A stretch of DNA of 64,000 nt from Leucoraja ocellata (lineage: Eukaryota). Under the pieces are notes generated by a model. That model was not told the origin of the DNA, did not search any database, and saw nothing but the letters and a program-made list of their open reading frames with translations. The DNA lies in assembly GCA_036785375.1 (NCBI GenBank), contig JAWMAR010001278.1:186001-250000 (forward strand). Direction: 5' to 3'. Position numbers and translations under genes: made by a program. This document shows, one piece after another, positions 34,001 to 46,000 of this stretch (the stretch's first letter is position 1; every line of letters starts with the position of its first letter).

Positions 34001-37000
34001 CTGGGGTCTATCAGTGCGTGGCAGAGAATGAACACGGGACAGCAGAGAGGGATGTGACCCTCACTGTAGAATGTGTGTAGACACGCACTGTCATGTCTAT
34101 GTAAAGGCAGATGGTTTATTGGCCCATGAGAGATGCTGGAATTCACTAACACACACACTTGAACCTATGTCCTCTGGTCCTCGATTCACCTACTCTGGGC
34201 AAGAGACTCAGTGAATCTACCCGATCTATTCCTCTCATGATTTTAAACACCTCTATAAGATCACCGCTCATCCTCCTGCGCTCCAAGGAATAGAGTCCCA
34301 GCCTGCTCAACCTTTCCCTATAGCTCAGGCCCTCTAGTCCTGTCCACATCATCATGAATCTTCTCTGCACCCTTTCCTGCTTGACAACATACTTCCTATA
34401 TTTCCTCTCTCCTCTTCTAAGATAAGGAAGATTAGATAAAATTATTTGAAGCATTGTGTGCAGTTCTGGTCACCCCATTACAGGAAGGATGTGGTCAGGG
34501 TGCACAACGCTGCCTAGTTTAGAGAGTATTACCAATAAGGAGTTTTAAGGAGGGCACACATTGGTTCAACGGTAGAGTTGCTGCCTCACAGCACCAGAGA
34601 GCCAGGTTGAATCCTCACTACGGGTGCTTGTCGGTACGGAGTTGGCAAGTTCATCCCATAACCTACGTGGGTTTTCTTCGGGTGCTCCGGTTTCCTCCCA
34701 CACTCCAAAGATATACAGGTGTGCAGGTTAATTGGCTTGGTATATTTGTAAATTGTCCCTAGTGTGTGCAGGATAGTATATGTGTCGGGATCGCTGGTCA
34801 GCGTGGACACGGTGGGCCGAAGGGCCTGTTTCCATACTGTATCTCTAAACTAAACTATAAAAGTGGTTGGTACACAAAATTGCTGGAGAAACTCAGCGGG
34901 TGCAGCACCATCTATGGAGCGAAGGAAATAGGCAACGTTTCAGGCCGAAACCCTTCTTCAGACTGATGGGGGGTGGGGGGGAGAAGGAAGGAAAAAGGGA
35001 GGAGGAGTTGCCCGAGGGCGGGGGGGATGGGAGGAGACAGCTCGAGGGTTAAGGAAGGGGAGGAGACAGCAAGGGCTAGCAAAATTGGGAGAATTCAGCG
35101 CGTTCATGCTATCCGGACGCAAGCAACCCAGGCGGAATATGAGATGCTGTTCCTCCAATTTCCGGTGTTGCCCACTCTGGCAATGGAGGAGACCCAGGGC
35201 AGAGAGGTCGGAATGGGAGGGGGAGTTGAAGTGCTGAGCCACCGGGAGTTCAGGTAGGTTATTGCGGACTGAGCGGAGGCGTTCGGCGAAACGATCGCCC
35301 AACCTCCGCTTAGTCTCCCCGATGTAAATCAGCTGACATCTAGAGCAGCGGATGCAGTAGATGAGGTTGGAGCAGATAAAGGTGAACCTTTGTCGCACCT
35401 GGAACGACTGCTTGGGTCCTTGAATGGAGTCGAGGGTGGGAGGTGAAGGGACAGGTGTTGCATTTCTTGCGGTTGCAACGGAAAGTGCCAGGGAAGGGGG
35501 TGGTACGGGAGGGAAGGGAAGAATTGACAAGGGAGTTGCGGAGGGAGCGGTCTTTGCGGAAGGCAGACATAGGGGGAGATGGGAAGATGTGGCGAGTGGT
35601 GGGGTCACGTTGGAGGTGGAGGAAATGGCGGAGGATTATGTGTTGTATTTGCCGGCTGGTGGGGTGAAAGGTGAGGACCAGGGGGACTTTGCCCTTGTTG
35701 CGAGTGCGGGGATCGGGAGAGAGAGCAGTGTTGCGGGGTATGGATGAGACCCTGGTGCGAGCCTCATCTATGGTGGCGGAGGGTTCATGTTCACAAGTGA
35801 TGGGAGCACAATAAGGCCATTTGACCCATCAAGTCTACTGCCATTCGATCATGGCTGATCTATTTCTCCCTCCCCTGCCCCATTCTCCTGCCTTCACCCC
35901 ATAACCTCTGACACCCGTACTAATCAATAATCTATCTGTTGCCCCGGCACACGGCATCGAAGAAGATGGCACTGGCCACCACCGATTAGTAGAACATCTG
36001 CAGCTTCTTGCTGCAGATGTTGTAGGAGCGGAGCCTTCTCAGAAAGCTCTGTCCCTTCTTGTGCAGGGCCTCAGAGTTCTTGGATCAGTCCTATTTACTG
36101 AAGATATAACACTAAATGCTGGAGCAGACTAAAATGCTGGAGAAACTCCGTGGGTGAGACAGCATCTATGGAGCGAATGAAATGGGCAACCTTTCGGGTC
36201 GAGGCCCTTCAGACTGATGTGAGGGTGGGGGGGGGGGGGGGGGGGAGAATGAAAGAGGCGGAGACAGTGGGCTGAAGGAGAGCTGGGAAGGCGAGGAGAA
36301 AGCCGGGACTACCTGATATTAGAGAAGTCAATGTTCATACCGCTGGGGTGTAAACTGCCAAAGTGAAATATGAGGTGCTGCTCCTCCAATTTACGGTGGG
36401 CCTCACTCTGGCCATGGAGGAGGCCCAGGACAGAGAGGTCGGATTTGGAATGTGAGGATGAGTTGAAGTGCTGAGCCACTGGGAGATCAGGTTGGTTATT
36501 GCAATGCTGGAGTAACTCAACGGGCCAGGCAGCATCTCTGGATGGAAGGAATAGGTGACATTTTGGGTCAAGACCTTTCTTCAGACTGGTGATATTTGCA
36601 TAAGGTACTTGTACTCCCTGGTAAACTGTTTAACCATGGAGAGCATCCACAACACACTGCCAAGGGCAGTGATGGAGGCAGATAGGACAGATCCTTCTCT
36701 CCAGAGATGCAGCCTGTCCCGCTGAGTTTACTCCAGCATTTTGCGTTTGATCTGGAAACATAGAAAAATAGGTGCAGGAGTAGGCCATTTGGCCCTTCAA
36801 GCCAGCACCACCATTCAATATGATCGTGGCTGATCTACTAAAATCAGTATCCCCGAGTCCTGATTTTTCCCCATCCCTTGATTCCTTTAGCCCTAAGTGC
36901 TAAATCTAACTCTCTCTTGAAAAAAATCCAGTGAATTGGACTCCACTGCCTTCTGCGGCAGATAATTGCACAGATTCACAACTCTCTCGTGTCTTGTTCC

Positions 37001-40000
37001 TCCCTCTCCAGATGCGCCAGTGATTTCCCGGGATTCGGGATGCACTCACACACCTGAGAGTGTCACCTGTGTGTGTGCGGCCAGGTGCAACCCACCCGGA
37101 GAGCTCACCTGGCACCTCCCCCTCGCCAACTTCAGCGGAAATCAAACCCAGGGACGTCTCCACATCTGGCAGGTGGCAAGCGGGCATCTGGTGAATGGCT
37201 CCCTCACTCTGAGAGGGGGTGGGGGAGGGGAGAACGTTACTGCCGTGTGCTCAGTCCGAAACCGGCACGGGGAAGCCATGTTCATGGTGTATCTGTGGAC
37301 GGAAGGTGAGGACATTTATGGGCGAGGGAAGTCAGAGAGCCAGAGGGTCATACTGTAATGGCCATTTCTACCTTTTACAATGTCCAACTTTCCATTGCCA
37401 TTACTACACAGGTAAGTAGGAGTGATCTTACACAGACCAAAACAGAACAGATCTTCCAGTCATTCTTTATTGAAGTAGTTGTACAAACAAAGTGATGAAT
37501 GTACCAGGTTCCCTTTATTCTCATACAAGTTGTAACTTCCTGTCCTCCCGATCTGTGTGAACTGTGTACCCTCCACCTCCTGTAGCTGGTCTGAATCACT
37601 CCCTGTCCACTAAGCCCATGTGTTACACCCCTCCATTCATCAAATGACCGCCACCAAGTGTCCAAAATAATAGTGCTAGAAATATCTAGACAAACTAATA
37701 TAATATGCCAACAGTAGCTGGCCGAAACATAAATGACTCCTACACATACCGTGTGGAAACAGGCCCTTCAGCCCAACTTGCCCACACCAACCACCATGTC
37801 ATACCTACACGAGTCCCACCTGCCTGCATTTGGCCCATACCCCTGCAAACCTGACCTCATCATGTACCTGTCTAATTCTCGAGTGATGGCAACATGGCCA
37901 GAGGATCTTGGATGACGGAGGAACTGAAGGAAATTCACATTAGGCAGGAAATGGTGTTGGGTAGACAGATGGGACTGAAGCTGATAAATCCCCAGGGCCT
38001 GATGACCTGCATCCCAGGGTACTTATGGAAGTGGCTCAAGAAATTGTGGATACATTGGTGATCAATTTCCAATGTTATATAGATTCAGGATCAGTTCTTG
38101 TGGATTGGAAGGTAGATAATGTTTTTCCACTTTTTAAGCATGGTTTAAGAGAGAAAACAAGGAATTATAGACCAGTTAGCATGACATAGGTGGTGGGGAA
38201 GGTGCTGGAGTCAATTATAAAAGATGAAATAGCGGCATATTTGGATAGCAGTAACAGGATCAGTCGGAGTCACATTGATTTATGAAGGGGAAATCATGCT
38301 TGATTAATCTTCTGGAATTTTTTGAGGATGTAACTGGGAAAATGGACAAGGGAGAGCCAGTGGATGTAGTGTACCTAGACTTTCAATAAGTACTAGACTA
38401 AGTGGGACCCATTGGGTCCCAAACACCACGGGGAGTGTGTGTTGGGGAGGGGTGGGTGAGAAAGTGTGTATGTGTGCTGGAGGGGTTTCCAAGGGGGGAG
38501 GAGGAGGGATGTGGGGGAGGAGGGGGGTGTTGTGTGCGTGGGGTGAGGGAGGGAGGATGTGGGAGGGGGAGGGAGTGGTTTGGGGGAGGGTTGTGTGTGG
38601 GCAGGGCGTGTTGTGGATGAGGGGTTTTCAGGTGGGGGAGGGTGTGTGTGGGGTGGGGATTGTGTGGGGGGGGGGGAGTTTGTGTGTGTGTGGGGAGAAG
38701 CGGGGGTTGTGGGAGGAGGGGGGGTTGTGTGGGGGAGGGGGGGTTGTGTTTGGGGAGGGGGGTTGTGTGGGGAGGGGGGATTGTGTGGGGGAGGGGGGGT
38801 TGTGTGGGGGAGGGGGGGTTGTGTGGGGGAGCGGGGGTTGTGTGGGGGAGGGGGGTTGTGTGGGGGAGGGGGGGGTTGTAGGGGAGAGGGGTGTGTGGGC
38901 AGGGGGTGTGGTGTGGGGTGCATTGTGGGGGTGTGTCGTCAGGGAGGTTGTGAGGGGTGTGTGGGAGGTAAGGGGGTGTGGGGGGAATGGTTGTGGGGTG
39001 GTGAGGGGTGTGTGGGGTGGTGAGGGGTATGTGGGGTGGTGAGGGGTATGTGGGGGGGTTTGGGGAGAGAGGTCTGTGGGCAGGGGGTGTGGGAGGGAGG
39101 GGTGTGGGGGGAGGGGTGTGGCGGGAGGCGTGTGTGGCAGGGGAGGGGTATGGAGCAGGGGGGGAGAGAGAGCTCAGAGAAAAGACGGGGAAGAGCCATG
39201 GGGAAGTGTGCGGCATTACGGGGAGGGGGTGCGGCAGCCAGCGAGGAGGACCAGAGGGGAAGGGGTTGGGGGTGCGATGGGGACTCACAGCGGGCGCTGG
39301 TCACTTCGCTGGTCTCCCTCCTCCGCAAGGCTCGAGGACTCAATCAGCACGACTTGAGGACTCAGTCCCGCCTCCGGGGCTTTATTCTCCTCACCCCACC
39401 CGATGATTAACAGCGGGTGCCAGAAGGGGCGTAACCTTCATGGTGACTGACAGGCGAGAAGACCGATCTACTGATCTCACGATTTTTTAAACCTTCATAA
39501 CTTTTGTAATCAGAACAAAATTTGGTGTACTTGGAGCAGAGGACGGTGAGTAAGGTGGCGATATATCCTAGCGATATTGGGTACCGTTTTTACGCAAATT
39601 TAAAAACAACGCAAACGGGAAGAGGACAAGATGAGAGTTTTAGTAATAGTGTTGATAGATTTGACAAGGTCCCACATAGGAGATTAGTGGCAACATTAGA
39701 GCACATGGTATTGGGGGTAGGGTACTGACATGGATATAAAATTGGTTGGCAGACAGGAAACAAAGAGTAGGGATTAACGGGTCCCTTTCAGAATGGCAGG
39801 CAGTGACTAGTGGGGTACCGCAGGGCTCAGTGCTGGGAATGCATCAATTTACAATATATATCAATGATTTAGATGAAGGGATTCAAAGAACCATCAGCAA
39901 ATATGCAGATGACACAAAGCTGGGTGGCAGTGTGAACTGTGAGGAGGATGCTATGAGGATGCTGAGTGACCTCAGCAGGTTGGATGAGTGGGCGGGTGCA

Positions 40001-43000
40001 TGGCAGATGCAATTTAATGTGGATAAATATGAGGTTATCCTCTTTGGTGGCAAAAACAGGAAGGCAGATTATTATCTGAATGGTGTCAAGTTGGGAAAAG
40101 GGGAAGTACAAAGAGATCTTGTTCATCAGTCACTGAAAGTAAGCATGCAGGTACAACAAGCAGCAAAGAAAGGCAATGGCATGCTGGTCTTCATTACAGC
40201 AGGAGTTGAATATAGGAGCAAAGAGGTCCTTCTGCAGATGTACAGGGCCCTGGAGAGACCACACCTGAAGTATTGTGTGCAGTTTTGTTCTCCAAATTTG
40301 AGGAAAGATATTCTTGCTATTGAGGGAGTGCAGTGTAGGTTCATGAGGTTAATTCCCGGGATGGCGGGACTGTCATATGTTGATAGAATGGAGCGGCTGG
40401 GCTTGTATACACTGGAATTTTGAAGGATGAGAAGGAATCTTATTGAAACATATAAGATTATGAAGGGATTGAACACGCTAAAGGCAGGAAAAATGTTCCT
40501 GTTGTGGGAGTCCAGAACCAGGGGCCACAGTTTAAGAATAAGGGGTAGGCCATTTAAAATGGAAATGAGGAAAAACTTTTTTACCCGGAGAATTGTGAAT
40601 CTGTAGAATTCTCTGCCTCAGAAAGCAGTGGAGGCCAATTCTCTGGATGCTTTCAAGAGAGAGTTAGATAGAGCTCTTAGAGATAGCGGAGTCAAGGGAT
40701 ATGGTGAGAAGGCAGGAACGGTGTACTGAATGTGGATGATCAGCCATGATCACATTGAATGGCCTTGCTGGCTCGAAGGGCCGAATGGCCTACTCCTGCA
40801 CCTATTGTCTATTGTCATGAATCTTCTCTGCACTCTTTCCAGCTTCCTTCCTAGAGCAGTGTGACTAAAACTGGACGCAATACCTCAAATGCGGTCTCAT
40901 CAACGTCTTGCACAACAACTAGACTCTAACATCTGCGGCAGGCAAGATATCATTGAGTCATAGCGACATTGCATGAAAACAGGCCCATATCCATCTAAAC
41001 ATCCTCTCACAGAGTTATAGTGATACATTATGGAAACAGGTCCTTTGGCCCAACTTGCCCTCACCAGCCAACATACCCCAGCTACACTAGACCCACCTGC
41101 CTGTGCTTGGTCCATATCCCTGCAAACCAGTCCTATCCATGTACCTTTAAAACTGTTTTGTAAATGTTGGGATAGTCTCTGCCTCAACGGCCTCCTCTGG
41201 CAGCACATTCCATACACCCACCACCCACTGTGTGGAAAAGTTACCCCTTAGATTCCTATTAAATCTTTTTCCCCTCACCTTGAACCTATGTTTTCTGATG
41301 TTCGATTCCCCTACTCTGGGCAAGAGACTCTGCGCATCTACCCGATCTAATCCTCTCATGATTTATACACTACTATAAGACTACGTTACAGTTTAGTTTA
41401 TTGTCATGTGTGCGCCGAGCTACGGTGAAAAGCTTTTGTTGTGTGCTAACCAGTCAGTGTACAGACAAAACATGATTACAATCAAGCTGTTTGCAGTGTT
41501 TACATATATGATAAGGGAATAATGTTTAGTGCAAGGTAAAGGCAGTAAATTCCGATTAAGGATAGACCGAGGGTCACCAATGAGGTAGATAGTAGTTCAG
41601 CACTGCTCTCTGGTTGTGGTGGGATGGTTCAAGGTGTATCTGTGGTTAGTTTAGTACAGTTTAGCTTATTGCCACGTGTACCGAGGTACAGTGAAAAGCT
41701 TTAGTTGTGTGCTAACCGCAAGAAATAGCATAAAGTTGTGGACACAGCCCAGACCATCGCACAATCCAACCTCCCTATCATCGACTCCATCTACACCTGT
41801 GGGAGATTTCAACTTTCCACACATAGACTGGGAAACACATTCTGTAAATGGGCTGGATGGGTTGGAGTTTGTAAAATGTGCGCAGGATAGTTTTTTGCAG
41901 CAATACATAGAGGTACCTACTAGAGGAGGGGCAGTGCTGGACCTCCTGTTAGGAAATGAGATGGGACAGGTGGCGGAGGTATGCGTTGGGGAGCACTTCG
42001 GGTCCAGTGATCACAATACCATTAGTTTCAATATAATTATGGAGAGGGTCAGAACTGGACCTAGGGTTGAGATTTTTGATTGGAGAAAGGCTAACTTTGA
42101 TGCGATGCGAGATGATTTAAAAGGAGTGAACTGGGACATTTTGTTTTATGGGAAAGATGTAGAAGAGAAATGGAGGACATTTAAAGTGGAAATTTTAAGA
42201 GTACAGAATCTTTATGTTCCTGTTCGGTTGAAAGGAAACAGTAAAAATTGGAAAGAGCCCTGGTTTTCAAGGGAAATTGGACATCTTGTTCGGAAAAAGA
42301 GGGAGATCTACAATAATTATAGGCAGCATGAAGTAAATGAGGTGCTTGAGGAGTATAAGGAATGTAAAAATAATCTTAAGAAAGAAATTTGAAAAGCTAA
42401 AAGAAGATATGAGGTTGCTTTGGCAAGTAAGGTGAAAGTCAATCCAAAGGGTTTCTACAGCTATATTAATAGCAAAAGGATAACGAGGGATAAAATTGGT
42501 TCATTGGAGAGACAGAGTGGACAGCTATCTGCAGAGCCAAAAGAGATGGGGGAGATATTGAACAATTTTTTTTCTTCGGTATTCACCAAGGAGAAGGATA
42601 TTGAATTATGTGAGGTAAGGGAAACTAGTAGAGTAGCTATGGATACTATGAGGTTCAAAGTAAAAGTACTGACACTTTTGAAAAATATAAAAGTGGATAA
42701 GTCTCCAGGTCCTCACAGGATATTCCCTAGGACACTGAGGGAAGTTAGTGTAGAAATAGCCGGGGCTATGACAGAAATATTTCAAATGTCATTAGAAACG
42801 TGAATAGTCCCCGAGGATTGGCGTACTGCGTATGTTGTTCCATTGTTTAAAAAGGGTTCTAAGAGTAAACCTAGCAATTATAGACCTGTTAGTTTGACTT
42901 CAGTGGTGGGCAAATTAATGGAAAAGATACGTAGAGATAATATATATAAGCATCTAGATAAACAGGGTCTGATTAGGAACAGTCAACATGGATTTGTGCC

Positions 43001-46000
43001 TGGAAGGTCATGTTTGACTAATCTTCTTGAATTTTTTGAAGAGGTTACTAGGGAAATTGACGAGGGTAAAGCAGTGGATGTTGTCTATATGGACTTTAGT
43101 AAGGCCTTTGACAACGTTCCTCATGGAAGGTTGGTTAAGAAGGTTCAACTGTTGGGTATAAATGCAGGAATAGCAAGGTGGATTCAACAGTGGCTGAATG
43201 GGAAAAGCCAGAGGGTAATGGTGGATGGCTGTTTATCGGGTTGGAGGCAGGTGACTAGTGGGGTGCCTCAAGGATCTGTGTTGGGTCCTTTGTTGTTTGT
43301 CATGTACATCAATGATCTGGATGAAGGTGTGGTAAATTGGATTAGTAAGTATGCAGATGATACCAAGATAGGGGGTGTTGTGGATAATGAAGAGGATTTC
43401 CAAAGTCTACAGAGTGATTTAGGCCATTTGGAAAAATGGGCTGAGAGATGGCAGATGGAGTTTAATGCTGATAAATGTGAGGTGTTACACCTTGGCAGAA
43501 CAAATCAAAATAGGACGTACATGGTGAAATCATTGGACAAAGTCAGCATGGATTTACGAAAGGTAAATCATGTCTGACGAATCTTATAGAATTTTTCGAG
43601 GATGTAACTAGTAGCGTGGATAGGGGAGAACCAGTGGATGTGGTGTATCTGGACTTCCAGAAGGCTTTCGACAAGGTCCCACATAAGAGATTAGTATACA
43701 AACTTAAAGCACACGGCATTGGGGGTTCAGTATTGATGTGGATAGAGAACTGGCTGGCAAACAGGAAGCAAAGAGTAGGAGTAAACGGGTCCTTTTCACA
43801 ATGGCAGGCAGTGACTAGTGGGGTACCGCAAGGCTCAGTGCTGGGACCCCCAGCTATTTACAATATATATTAATGGTAATATATAATTATTGTATTAATA
43901 TATTAATACAATATATATGGCAGATGGAGTTTTAATGCTGATAAATGTGAGGTGCTACACCTTGGCAGGACAAATCAAAATAGGACGTACATGGTAAATG
44001 GTAGGGAATTGAAGAATACAGTTGAACAGAGGGATCTGGGTATAACCGTGCATAGTTCCTTGAAGGTGGAATCTCATATAGATAGGGTGGTAAAGAAAGC
44101 TTTTGGTATGCTAGCCTTTATAAATCAGAGCATTGAGTATAGAAGCTGGGATGTAATGTTAAAATTGTACAAGGCATTGGTGAGACCAAATCTGGAGTAT
44201 GGTGTACAATTTTGGTCGCCCAATTATAGGAAGGATGTCAACAAAATATAGAGTACAGAGGAGATTTACTAGAATGTTGCCTGGGTTTCAACAACTAAGT
44301 TACAGAGATAGGTTGAATAAGTTAGGTCTTTATTCTCTGGAGCGCAGAAGGTTAAGGGGGGACTTGATAGAGGTCTTTAAAATGATGAGAGGGGTAGACA
44401 GAGTTGATGTGGACAAGCTTTTCCCTTTGAGAATAGGGAAGATTCAAACAAGAGGACATGACTTCAGAATTAAGGGACAGAAATTTAGGGGTAATATGAG
44501 GGGGAACTTCTTTACTCAGAGAGTGGTAGCGGTGTGGAATGAGCTTCCAGTGGAAGTGGTGGAGGCAGGTTCATTGGTATCATTTAAAAATAAGTTGGAT
44601 AGGCATATGGATGAGAAGGGAATGGAGGGTTATGGTATGAGTGCAGGCAGGTGGGACTAAGGGGAAAAAACATTTGTTCGGCACGGACTTGTAGGGCCGA
44701 GATGGCCTGTTTCCGTGCTGTAATTGTTATATGGTTATATGGTTACACCTCACGCTGCCGCGACAAGGCCAGCAGCATTATCAAGGGCCAGTCTCACCCC
44801 GGCCACTCCCTCTTCTCAAGGGCGGAAGTCAATTTTGATACATGGGGAGGGGGGGGGGGGGACACAATTTCCTGGCGGCCCAAAGACAACACAATGTCTA
44901 CGACAAGCTGCACCTAGTTGACGATTAATATGTTTTAATCTACAATTTGAGAGGGAGAAGGGAAAATCAGAAATGTCAGTATTACAGTTGAACAAAGGGG
45001 ACTATGGAGACATGAGGGAGGAGCTGGCCAAAGTTGACTGGAAAAATACCCTGGCAGGGATGACATTGGAACAACAATGGCAGGTATTTCTGGGAATAAT
45101 ACAGAAGGGGCAGGGTCAGTTCATTCCAAAGAGGGAGAAAGATTCCAAGGGGAGTAAGGGGCGGCCGTGGCTGACAAGGGAAGTCAAGGACAGTATACAA
45201 TTAAAGAGAAGAAGTATAACATTGCAAGATGAGTGGGAAGCCAGAGGATTGGGCAACTTTTAAAGAGCAACAGAAGATTACTAAGAAGGTAATGCAGGGA
45301 TAAAAGATGAGGTACGAAGGTAAGCCAGCCAAGAATATAAAGGAGGATAGTAAAAGCTTTAGGTATGTGAAGAGGAAAAAATTAGTTCAGACCGAAGTTA
45401 GAATCTTGAAGACGACAACGGGTGAATTTATTATGGGGAACAAGGAAATAGCAGACGAGTTGAATGGGTACTTTGACAATAGACAGTGGGAGCAGAGTAG
45501 GCCATTTGGCCCTTCGAGCCAGCACCTCCATTCAATTTGATCATGGCTGATCATCCACATTCAGACACCCGTTCCTGCTTCTCACCGTATGCCTTGACTC
45601 CACTATCTTTAAGGGCTCTATCTAGCTCTCTTGAAAGTATCCGATCAGTCTTCAGTATTGTGTGTAGTTTTGATCTCCATATTTGAGGAAGAACATTCTT
45701 GCTATTGAGGGAGTGCAGCGTAGGTTCACCAAGTTAATTCCCGGGATAGCGGGACTGTCATATCTTGATAGAATGGAGCGGCTGGGCTTGTATACTCTGG
45801 CATTTAGAAGGATGAGAGGGATCTTATTGAAACATGGAAGATTGTGAAGGGATTGGACACTAGGGGCAGGAAACATGTTCCCGATTGTATTCTTGTATTC
45901 TTGTATTCAAATTTTATTGTCATTGCCTCACTTTGAGACAACAAAATAAATTTCCCGTACAGGCAGTATCATTAAAAAAAATCACAAGAAAAATAATAAA

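Noticed and set aside
31374-37305. MAG or CD22 orthologue
   Set aside because: Domain count and sequence do not match the highly conserved MAG or seven-domain CD22; no symbol assigned.
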